Assembly: GCF_001186125.1 (NCBI RefSeq)
Contig: NW_014040542.1
Location: 51,861-115,860, forward strand
Length of the DNA: 64,000 nt
DNA from: Sphaeroforma arctica JP610
Lineage: Eukaryota
Direction: 5' to 3'
The notes beneath the pieces were generated by a model that saw nothing but the letters and a program-made list of their open reading frames with translations, was not told where the DNA came from and ran no database searches. Below, piece after piece: positions 39,263 to 50,695 of the stretch (positions are counted from its first letter, which is position 1; each line of letters starts with the position of its first letter). The position numbers were made by a program, and so were the translations under genes.

Positions 39263-42232
39263 TTAAGCATCGACAGAGTCTACGTTCTGGTTTTCATCCA
39301 TATCCGCCTGCAACCACTCACGCAATGTCTCCTTCAAGTCCTGCATTTCAGACGAGTCTCCGTCTTGTATCTCCAACGGGTCACTCTCACCTTCAGTCGC
39401 GTCGTCCAGCTCAGAATCGAAGTAGACCTGCAGCCTCTTCTTCAACTCTTTGACCTTCTCCGAATCACTTTCTGCGACCACCAGCCGAGTTTTTATACTA
39501 TCGTCTGATAAAATAGTATCCTGTCTTTCTGAAGTTACCATAAGTGAGTCACAGATCACCACCACGGCAGTGAGAGGTTCCATATTGATGTGCCAAAGCT
39601 TCGTATTATCATTCAGAGTGACGGTTTCCTTATTCAGCGATCCGTATTGTGCCGCTTCATGGTCGAACCAAATTCCATTTAGATTTGTCGTGAATTGGTC
39701 GAACGCGTTGCTGGTAGCCTCGCTTCTCTTCTGCTTTGTCATGCGCTGTACCGCTAGTGTCTTCTGAGAGGGACAGAAGCTCTTCGGAATCTCAATTTTC
39801 ATCCACGCGGCGTTTTCAGTAGGATCCTTGTGGATATAGACCAGCGACTGTTTTTCCGTAGCCACGTTCTGTATGTGGTAGTGCTTGTAGAACGGGCTCA
39901 CGCCCACGGGGTCTGAGGCATTTGGGGGATTGCCCACGGATGGGCCAATATACGCACTTGGTACTGAAATGCGCATCGCGTCCTTGCCACCGTCCAGCAG
40001 GCGGTTGAAGAAGTACATCCCACCATAAATGGGGGTTACCCGGAGTCTTTCAAAGTCGGGTTCATCTTTGTCCTGATAAAGGTACGGTACGTACAAAGGT
40101 GCAAAGGAGGAGCCGCACACACCGTGTACGTGACTACGGGTGACATTCCGGCTCGCAAGTTCCAACAGATTGTTGAACATCCAAACACCTGCTTCGTAAC
40201 TTCGGTCTATGCCTCGCAGACCTTTTAGGACGGAGCGGCCGCTGCCTGTAACAGTGTTCCCTTCGCCGTGCACAAACTCGCCGCCTTTTTCTTCGATTTG
40301 GTTAGCCATCTATGTGTGGATGTATCAAAAAAAGAGGACTAGGATTTTGAACGGCAATTCGTGATTGAGTATGATGTGAATTACTTAATATTAATTCACG
40401 AGTCTGTTAACTACTATTGTACAACGACGAGCTCCGAGTGTCCGTTTGAGTGGTACAATGGCAAACTTATCGATCTATCGACCCGTCGTCGTGTTTGGAG
40501 TTCAGTTCGACCTATCGTGATTTAAAGTTAGCAAACCTATCGACCTATCGTGATTTAGTGTATAAATTTGTTTGGTTTCTGCGCGCTTCTAAGGAACTTG
40601 CAATCTCTACGTAGAAAAAAACCAACAAATATCACCCACCTTGCCAATCCATTCCATTGTATTCCGCGACTCATCAGCACCGTCAGTCGGTGGATCAGCC
40701 ATAAAGGTTTCCATAGACGACCGCACAGAATAGCCAGACATGCCGTACCGATGAAATGCTGTAATCGGCTTCGAATCGGAGGTGGTCATCTGTGCTTTGT
40801 CCATGGCTTCCTTCATTCCATTGTGCATGTTTAAGAGATTGTCGTTCCAATGAGGCCACGTGTTCGTATTGGAACCGGCGATAGCTGGGCTCTGCAGTCC
40901 CACCTTCTTGAGAACATTGCTTTTACTGAGTGCTGTAAAAGTAACAGTTGTATATTAATTCTCAGGCGATGATATAGCTATTACAATAATTTGTATCGTG
41001 TAAATGTATCGGCACTGGTAGCTTGTAACTCGTTGCTTGACAAGCTTAATAACAATCCCCACAGGAATAAATATGTGGCTGCCATAGCACATACCAGGTA
41101 ACATGACGCCGGTTACTTCCTCCAGATAATCTTTAAAGGCGATTCGTCCGTGTCCTTTGAATTCGTAGTGAGGTCGTTTCCTGAGTAGGTTGACCTTGTC
41201 TTCTTTGTTATCACCCCAGTGGTCTGCGTTAGAATTTCGTGCGTTATATTATTTGTAAATCTCAAAGCTATAAGTTTCTTATCATAATTTTTTTTCCAGT
41301 TTCTACCAGTGTTTTCAACACACAAAAATATGCACACATGGTGAGTATAGTAGACATACCAGGTTCATTGCCCATCTCAAGGGCGTGGATCATATCCGTG
41401 CCGCCGAATATGTCTACGATCGCTTCCCCAAATTCGACTGCATATTTAGGATCCGGCTCCATCATTGGTAGTGCCAAGATATACTTGTCACCTGATCTCA
41501 TGCCGTGGTCTTTTAACGCTATTAGTGTATCATTTTCGATAGCCTTTTCAACGTATACGTAGTCTGGGTATTTGTATTTAGAGCTGTATTGCAGAGATAT
41601 TGAAATGGGAAGAAGGTACCGATTTTAGGGTTTTAGGGTTAATGAATAGTAGCAGCGAGTTCTTCGAACATCGTTACAATAATCAACGCAACAGCCTACA
41701 GAGCTATTACCGGCAGATACTAGTGCAGACGTACAGATAAACACATTGTCTAACAAACTTCAGACTTGCGTTGCTTTCTATCAACAATCACACTCGTATA
41801 TTTGACTCGCACTTGACTCGCACACGCACAGATATGTTTGGTATTGTCCCTATCTGAGCAACAACCATCACTCTACGAGCAACGTACATAAGTAGACCGC
41901 TACTGTTGACTTGCTATATATTGACGAGCACGAGATTATCATGATGCACACGGAATTATAAAATGTACCTACCCCGCATATTCCAGTTTCATTACCGAAT
42001 TCCCTCCAACACGTATATATGTGGGTCGTTCACCCTTTTCCACCTTGAGCAATTCCAAAAGCTCTTCTATTCTCGGCGAAGTTCGATTATTCTCGAACGC
42101 AAAGTGTATACTTGAGCTCGAATACTCCATGGAAAGACTGACGAAGTTCGACTGCACCGGTTTAGACACCGGCCTCCACAGCGGCGAATCTAACAGGACT
42201 TGGTGGCGTATGGGTGTCTGCGGTAGGATCGC
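39263..42232 (-). CDS. Glycoside hydrolase family 79-like (beta-glucuronidase/heparanase-type) domain; 5 exons; probably the C-terminal half of an ADAM fusion gene
   Basis: Exons 42232-41973, 41583-41360, 41223-41095, 40932-40640, 40309-39263 are in phase (~650 aa). Motifs are FVSLSME, IRVGGNS, ALEMGNEPDHW (acid/base Glu), HRY, FVHGEGNT (nucleophile Glu), AGVW and VTPIYGG. No start codon or signal peptide of its own was found. Confidence 0.82.
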
Positions 42233-42540
42233 CTGTGTAATAGTAGTTTGTATCAGTACATGCAAATTTGATCGTCAGTTAATGCCGATTATAGCTTCCC
42301 TGTCGATTGGTTACTCGCTGTCAACGGTGAATATCCAATAGGTTATCTATGCGGTTGGATATCATAGAACGATATGCTATAATAGAAACGGTGTAATAGT
42401 ACCGGTTTAGGATCTGCAAAATATATGCAGTTTCGTACAGGCTCCAAATTAAATTCGATCTCACAACGCAGCAACAAGTTCTGGCTGGATTTAAAAAGTG
42501 ACTTCTCATGTACTACGGTTAACTGCCTACGCTGCCATAC

Positions 42541-45500
42541 CATTTCGCATGTACCCCTGCCGTCGCAATGGCCCTTATAATCAGCACAAGGATAGCCACC
42601 TTCGAAATAGGCCGATACCGACTTATCACCATCGAAGCAAGCTTTGTCTGTGGTACCGTCGAGCGCACAATGGTCCTCGACTGTCTGACAAACACCCTCG
42701 TCACTTGGAAATTTGCAGCACATCTGAGATAGATGAGGTGTAGTAAAGAGGCGGGATTAAATCCGTGTCTGTCCAACTCCGTATGTAAGGTTATTGGGTC
42801 CATTCCCTGAGTACATACCGAGTACAAGCGTACTCAATATTCTAGAGTACAAGTACCTACATACGTAGTGAGTATCCTTTTCTATCGTTATATGGGTGCT
42901 CTAGCTATGCAAGGCGAGATGCAATATATCACGACAGAGTGTTCAATAATCGACATGCGAGAGCTCTAGTCTTACCTGGCACTCATTCTCTTTCTGTGGA
43001 CAGTCACAAGATTCGGCCCCATCAAACGCCGCACAGAGGTTATTCTCTTTTTTGTTGCCTCCCAGCTCATTACCTGAATGGCAGAAATAAACCAAGCGTC
43101 AATGCAGGTTGGTCTCCACTGTGCACATACGACAGTGAATCTCGCCGCAAGAAACGGTACAATCTACAGCTCAGATTCACAATCTAATAATCTACAGCTC
43201 AGATTCACAATCTAATAATCTACAGCTCAGATTCACAATCTAATAATCTACAGCTCAGATTCACAATCTAATAATCTACAGCTCAGTTTCACAATCTAAT
43301 AAGGTACTATACGAGCGATAGCCACGTACCGCATTTTCCGTCCATACAGATCCATGCATCATACAGCACATTGCCCGCCCCGCACGGCGTAAAATTTTTA
43401 ACAGGTTTTTGCTCTGGGCATTTCGCGTTATTTCCATTGCAGACAGCCTTGGCCATACAGCCTGTTGCCTCGGCGCATTGCTGTTCACGGGATTGTGAAG
43501 TTCATATGTTCAGAAAACAGAATTCAAACAAGCTGATTATAGTCGGCTAAATTAATGAATCAGCCAGACTACGTGTTTTTCCTTAGTGGTCCTTCACAAA
43601 GGCACGAATATTCTTATTGTAGCAATGTCGCGCGGCTGAGTCGTTGGAGACCATCTAAGTCATACCGTGTCTTTCTTGGCGTAGTCGCACGTGTCTGGAT
43701 CACAACAACCATCATTAGCCGTGCACACAGCATTGTCCGCCAATTCGCATTTATTTGTACAGCACTTCGTGGCTCCAAAGGTGTCACACTCTTCATCACC
43801 CTCCACAATGCCGTTGCCGCACACTTTACTCGGTTCCTCGGTAAGGCAGGAGTCGGCCATCTTGTCAGATTCCAGTAATTGATTGATACTGTGCGTTTGA
43901 GGTGATTGGAGATGGGTTAGCATTGCTAACGTAGGCCGTGGCAGCAGCCCATGAACGAGTGCAACGAGGTGCTTTCAGAAGCGAGGCGTCAAATAACATG
44001 AGGGTTACATACTTGTCGACAGAGCATGTTGAGAAATCGTCGTTATTTGACGACACTTCATTGAAGGTGGTGTTCGTCATGATATATCGGTTGTTATTGC
44101 TGCCTCCGAGACACGGTCCAGTGTGGAAGGGATCGTGTGAGGCGCCAAAACCATGTCCTGAATAAAGGTAAGGTTTAGGAATTTATATACGTCAGGAGCA
44201 CACTTATACATCTCATGCACTTCATCGAACTCTACGATCACAATCCCCTAATAACTGTTTGTTTCACATAGGTCTTACCGATTGAATGTGTGGCGGCGAT
44301 GATCTCAATCGCAAGAGAAACCGGTTGACCGTACATCAGATTAGTGTGCATTCCAGTGTTGAGATTCAGGCCCTCGCTTGATTGTGAGCTATTCTGTGAT
44401 GATAAGCGAAATCCGATGAAGTAAGTGCCAACCGGAATTAATTGTGCTCTGAGAATTGGCTACCCGTAATCAGATCACCATCCTATCCATCATCATCCTA
44501 TGTAGTACGATGATGGAAAGTGACCTCCAAACGACAAATGCAGAATGTCCACGGATAAAATATAAACGAGTGAAGAGAAGGAATACAGGTCGCACAAAGG
44601 AAACATACCGCACAAATACCACCGTATATTCCCTCAATCGGAGTTGCCTCGTAGGACTCGCCCAATATGCCGTGATGTTCACGGTGTGTGAAGAGGTGTG
44701 CTAGACAGTAGTCGTCCCAATCCCCTTTGGCAAACTCGGCAAGCAGAGTTGTGGGTGATAGTTGTTCGTTCCCGACTGTGTTTACATAGGGTGTATAAAT
44801 ATTGTTATTGTTTTTGAATAGCGAAGCGAATTAAAAGATTTTTACCTTCACCTTTAGGTATACAAACTCTGGACGCAAGGTCGTATGTGATGTACGGCAC
44901 AGATTTTTCACTTACGTCCGGCGAGTGTCTCCGGATACGAATCTTTTGACGGATAGACATCGATGGGACTATTCTTTGACAAAGCTACCCGCACATCGAG
45001 CGAGAATGTCGTTTTGCTGAAGATGTTGTCTACTTCAGAGGCAATCTATTGTGAAGAATTGCGAGAGATGTTAGGTTTAATATTTCTTAATGAAGATCGT
45101 TGTGATCTACATCCGTCCACGAGCACAAAGTTCGGTAAAGGTACAATAAGCGTGAGCCTTCTGCCCAACAAGCGCAAATGCAATATAACTCTGAGACACC
45201 CAAAACCGCTAATTTGCGTTCTGAGAGCCCGCCTAATTACGAAGGAGTAATACATCTGACTTACCAGGGACATGTGTTTGGCTGCTACAGTGTCAGTCGG
45301 GAATAGATTGGCGAATGTGTGGTCCGCTACCAGCTTCAGTTGGCACGTGCCTTTGCTCACCTCTCTTCTTCTACTTTCTTCGCGCCGGTTACGATGCTGT
45401 AAAAAAACGGGATATTTCAGTATACCTCAAGTATAGGTTCTTCCTCAAAGAACTTGAATCATCTGTATTAACGGTAGCAATGCACATTACCAGCACAGTC

Positions 45501-46723
45501 AGACTATATACAAGCAGAAAGTTATTTTCTTACCATGACAACTGAGATCGGTGGGAAGAGATCGACGCCATTGAATTTCTGACCTTTTGGATGCGTGTAG
45601 TGGACATCAGAGGCTCTGCCATTTGTAAAAATAACAATGAATAACAAAAAAAATACTAAAATATGTGTCACCTGATTCAGTGTATTCTTGACAGGCTAGC
45701 ACACTCATGAAGCGAGTTTCTGTGAACACCAGCATCGGAGCAAAAGAAAGTAACCTTATTACCTGTATATCACACGATCTGCTGATCGCCTTTCAGCGTA
45801 TTTTGAGAATTTTTGGGCAGGTTCGATGAAATAGGTTTCTTCTTCCGTTCGTACCACCCCATGGTAGTGACCATCATATATATAGCCGTTGGCAGTTCCA
45901 ATTTTGTCGCCCATTCTCAGCGTGCCCGTGTACATAAACGAATCGGTATCCGCAGTTGCTGCAAGTATAAACAACATCTATTCCTTAATTGTTTCATCTG
46001 ACCGATTGTAAATACAGATATATGCAGACTTACGCAGACTTACAATTTGTTTTCTACACACATAAGTTCATCTAAGATCATATTTTACCAATCTAAAAAC
46101 AGGAGTTGCACCAAATCATGCTACGGTACGCATTTGATACCATATAAAATACATGCCGAACAACTACAAAATCGTCGAAGTGCATAGGTAACAACTAACA
46201 TACAAACTTACCTGATCGACGTACGTGATCGGAGTGTTCGACATGTGGACTTAACACCAGGTGTAAAACTTGGTCAAAGGCTTGCAGCCGATATTCAACT
46301 TCATGTGCGCTTTCGAATGTTTGCAAAGATGAATATTCTCCTCTTGCAAAATTTGACCGCCGTTTCCACGAGTGAATGTCGGATGTTGAGACATGCTCGT
46401 GGTGTACGATATTAGCATCCAATGCATCTGATATGAAAAAAGATGAGATGATGTAGAAAGTATTAATGTAGGGAGGCGTGTATACATGTATTCTCTCTGG
46501 CACTATTAAAAGTCAAAAGACGTACTGTGACAAAACTTCAGCTTTTACACCAACGTTACCGCTCTGCAGTTAGCATAAAAAATATTCCACAGTAACATGC
46601 TCTATAACGAACCGAAGAAGGTCAAGCATCAGAAAATATTGTACCTCTGCCGTTTGGAAATCTGTGCTCTACAGATATCACGCCACCAAATAAAACTAGC
46701 CAACAGCCGTAGCTACTTCGCAT
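42541..46723 (-). CDS. ADAM10/17-like ectodomain (prodomain, M12B domain with E>S zinc motif, disintegrin, Cys-rich); 13 exons; apparently spliced to the GH79 exons
   Basis: Exons 46723-46645 (tentative), 46427-46212, 45958-45763, 45615-45534, 45396-45265, 45045-44916, 44775-44609, 44393-44279, 44157-44013, 43888-43666, 43480-43330, 43073-42976, 42723-42541 are in phase (~639 aa). Motifs are YFIEPA, RNRR, CQLKLVADH, YCLAHLFTHR, LNLNTG, HSIGHGFGASHD, YIM (Met-turn), CGNGIVEGDEECD and GYPCADYKGHCD. Confidence 0.9.
43161..43300. repeat. Intronic minisatellite, 5 x 28 bp
   Basis: aatctacagctcagattcacaatctaat repeated five times with one substitution in the last copy. Confidence 0.95.
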
Positions 46724-49447
46724 TGTCGCTGTTTGATGAGCTTAGGTATATGAAGAAATATATCCACTTAATTGTCTGTCTATCCTCGTGATGAAGGTAT
46801 ATGCCACTATTCAACTTCAAATGCAATTGTTTACTGATGAAAGGTGTATGTGTGAAGGCAGTGCGTTCATAAGTGGCCTTTAAATGCACTCATTCCATTT
46901 AGCTTTGCAGTGACAAGATCTAGGCAAAACCAAGACAATATTTAAAATTTGGATCTAATTTTTAAAAAATAGTAACACAAATCACAATATCTGAATATAT
47001 CACAGCAACTGTTCATTTTCTTTGATTTTATTCGCTTAAACGACAAACAGAGTATTTATAAACTCAATCGCACATATATCAGTCATCAGCGATCTACGAA
47101 TGTCGAATCCAACTGTTGTAACTTGTCTGTTGTGACTATTTCTATTGTACTAACTCCTCTACTATAAAATACTAGTACATAGTAGTATTTTATATTTAGT
47201 AGTATTTACATACATACTCCGCCAGTCCGGCAGTTTCTTATTTACTTTCTTACTCTGGGGTATACAATATACTAGTTACACTTTCTACAGGGGCTTCGAG
47301 TATTTATTAGTGTTTACGTCTTTACGACTTTACGATGTTTTTATATTTACTAATTTGGTATAAAAAAATACGACTGAACAAGTCAGAATGAGAACGAATG
47401 AGAAGTCCTGGGCTCCTGGCAACAATGGCAAGTTTGAAGTGCCAAAAGTTTGTTGTTTTTTTCTTGTGTGAATAACATGTTTCATCACATTCAAGAGTAA
47501 GCCGAGTATTTTCAAGAAAAATAATTATATTGTCACGTTTTATTGGTTAACTGCGGTAAAAGATATTTGTAAAGATTGTAAAACAAAAATAAATTAAAGC
47601 AAAGCATATACAGGTTTGTTTTGTTTTATTTTCAACACCCCATCCATATACTAAGGGGATAAAATAGGGCCAAAAATAAAGAAGCGTTCCTGATTTACTA
47701 AATCTGGACTTCAATTTATTCCCAATATTTTTTTGGCATATTTCAAGATTAAGTATTTCGTAAATGGTCTGTGAAGGCGCCAAGGTCGTAAGGTCGTAGT
47801 ACAAGTAGAACACCTTCTATGCTTAGGAATCTAACACTACATCGGAAACCTCCAAAACGCAGATTATTGGGTCTAAATATGCATAATTAGTAAAGTTTCA
47901 AAGTTGTCACGTACAATTATCGTCAAAACAATATCGTATATGCATTCTTTTAACCGTAATGCAAGCTACAGCTGCTAAAATCGAGAAAAAGTGTGCGTCA
48001 TTTGATGTGCCATGCCATCGATTGCACGATGAATCTCATTTCCAGAACTTTTTGCCAAAATTCACTACTTATTCACCTACAAACGATTACAATAACATTA
48101 TTATGGTTAATTATGCTTATATAGATGTAACGAAGGTCTGAAAATCATATTGAAGACATATAATTGAATATGCACACCAAATGGATGTCTGATGGACACG
48201 CGTGTACGTAAATGGTGATTTTGAGCAAGCATAATAAGCATTCTATACCACAAAGATGATTTCTGAACTAATAATACTTGTATTTATTATATATTAGAAC
48301 CCTTAGAAGGTTCAAACTGCTAATACGCGACCTGGAAATCCAAGATTTGACTTAGTCGAAAAGTGCACAATCCTGTTCATAAATCGATACATAGCTGTAT
48401 GAACCGGTAGAGCTATCAACTTGGCTCCTTCGTAAAATTCTTTTGAAATGTTTTTAGAAAAAGTCTAGAAAATAAAATTAGGATTATATCTAAAACCGGA
48501 TATAATGGGGGGTGTTAAAATATGTATAAAAAAACAAAATAGTTTTGTACTCGACGGTTGAAAACTTGAAAAAAAAACTCGCTTTCGGCTTTCCGACTTC
48601 CGTCATCAGACTTGAAAAAAGAATCATTTCAAGAAAAACCAAGATAGCGGCTATGTAGCGCACCCCGGCACCGCATAGAGCCGCAGACGTCGTAAGTTTC
48701 TACTAAATACTCAACCAGAACCCGGTGAACCGTCACCGTGCTGCGTTTTATTAAAACCCATTCGTACTGGGCAGAAATGGTCGACTCACGGGTCACGAGT
48801 CATCGACTGCTAACCAGAATGGATTTGAAGATCCGATTCGTACTTTTAGGAAGTAGCCTAGCGTAAACTACTAACAACTTGAAATGGATAGATTATCTTC
48901 ATAGTCATCTTCGGAGCGGCGACATCTAAAGATAACGGAACGACAACTTTGGAGAGCAAATATAGGACGATAATGAAACGAAGAACGTTAATGAAACGAA
49001 GAACGTTAATGAAACGACAATTCTGGAGAGGAGGTATAGAACGATAGAGAGATAATACTGGAGTGAAGTCGTTGAACGATCACGAAACGACTCATCGTAA
49101 ATACTAAAGTTCTAAAAGTACAAATACATGTACGTTCATATTTTTCGCGTCTAGTTATGAACGTCAAGAATAAATAGACACGACAGGAAGCAGCTCCGTA
49201 TACGTTACGAGTGATCACGGCTGATATTACATTCAGATGAGATGAGCAGCAAGCGTACATACGCATGCAAGGGATGCATTAGGTTAGATACTGTTGCTGA
49301 ATGCTTAAAAATAAAAGAAGAAATGAATTATAAGCGCCCAAGATACGCACACAGCACAAAACGTATTTATGCGTAGTTCGATTTCAAATTTGTTCGTGTT
49401 CTTAAAATTGACCTTATAGTTTTAATGATCGAAGCCGTGAACTGGAC

Positions 49448-50695
49448 CTACCGTAACCCACAAATCGCGCATATGCTATCATCTTTGCCGCAAAAAGGCA
49501 CGAGCAATCCCGGACATGTCGATTTCGAGCACGCATAGCGGTTTAAGAAGTTTCGCATCACGTGAGTGCGCGCTTTTCCTGCGCAAGCAGCGCATGTACA
49601 TTTGAACATATATGACTCCAAGGCCTTTTGCCTTTCCTCCGTAGTTTGTTTGCAGGAAACATAAGATATAGTCAATTCTTCACCTGCTTGAATTGTATGC
49701 AATGCTACATATGACAGATCGGCAGAAGAACTCGTTCCTTGGCAGTTGATTTTGCAAAAATCTATATCCGATACTTCAACGGGGTTATGTAATGAATCTG
49801 ACCTCATTTTCATGCGCGCTGCAGATCGAATAGCGACGAGTGTGGGAGTGCATGAATGATTAAAATAGCTGGCCTCGGGAATAAGGGCCATACCAATGCA
49901 TGTACACACACCTCGCCAGCCAATATCTGGGCCACCCCAGACACCGTGCACATTGCATTCTTGTTTGCACAGGAGGCTAACAACACGACGAATACTCCAT
50001 TCACCCGAGAGCGAAGGTGCACACTTCAGTAGTACTTTCGCCGCTGTTGTGAGCTGATTGATCTGCTGCGTAGAGAATGCCATGCGGTTGTCCTCGAGCG
50101 CTTCCACTGATTCCATTCCCTTTTGCCCACTCACAATACCCTCTATCAAACATTTCCCATTTTTTCTATCGACGCTTTCCCTATCATTGACAGCACCAGC
50201 TGTCCCGATATCTATCATCACATTATTCTCTATTTGGGAACACGTAGATGGCCCCATCAATGGAGTTGGCCCTGTCGAAGCAATCATGTTCTCGTCAGAT
50301 AATCGTCTTCGACTATCTATATGAACAGCAGAGAATTTCAGCGCAGTAACACCCAGCATAGCCCGGAGTGCTAAGTGCATCATTTGCCGCGAGCCCTTAT
50401 CCTTCACTACAGAGCTACAACACAATTTCTTTAGAGCGGCACACTCAAGTGCATGTCGCGTGCTACCTTTTTCGGCACACGCATCGGAACAGAATACAGC
50501 CTGATGACATTTCTTGCATTTAAGTGTGCAGTTGTTATCCGAGACGTATTGCCAGCACTCCATGCAAGTGGAGGTCGTGCTCGAAGGTACACTGACGTAC
50601 GGTTTTGCATCCAAGACTACCTCACCCCGTAGTATTGTGCGGTTTGCAAAGATCGCACGACCTCTGCCTCGTCCCATGTCCCGAACAAACATCAT
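49448..50695 (-). CDS. SET and MYND domain (SMYD-family) lysine methyltransferase, intronless, 415 aa
   Basis: SET-N GRGRAIFANRTILRGEVVL; MYND CMEC...CKKC...FCSDAC...HALEC; SET core ALIPEASYFNHSCTP and GEELTISY; post-SET FKCTCAAC. Confidence 0.92.
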   Translation of the reverse strand: MMFVRDMGRGRGRAIFANRTILRGEVVLDAKPYVSVPSSTTSTCMECWQYVSDNNCTLKCKKCHQAVFCSDACAEKGSTRHALECAALKKLCCSSVVKDKGSRQMMHLALRAMLGVTALKFSAVHIDSRRRLSDENMIASTGPTPLMGPSTCSQIENNVMIDIGTAGAVNDRESVDRKNGKCLIEGIVSGQKGMESVEALEDNRMAFSTQQINQLTTAAKVLLKCAPSLSGEWSIRRVVSLLCKQECNVHGVWGGPDIGWRGVCTCIGMALIPEASYFNHSCTPTLVAIRSAARMKMRSDSLHNPVEVSDIDFCKINCQGTSSSADLSYVALHTIQAGEELTISYVSCKQTTEERQKALESYMFKCTCAACAGKARTHVMRNFLNRYACSKSTCPGLLVPFCGKDDSICAICGLR

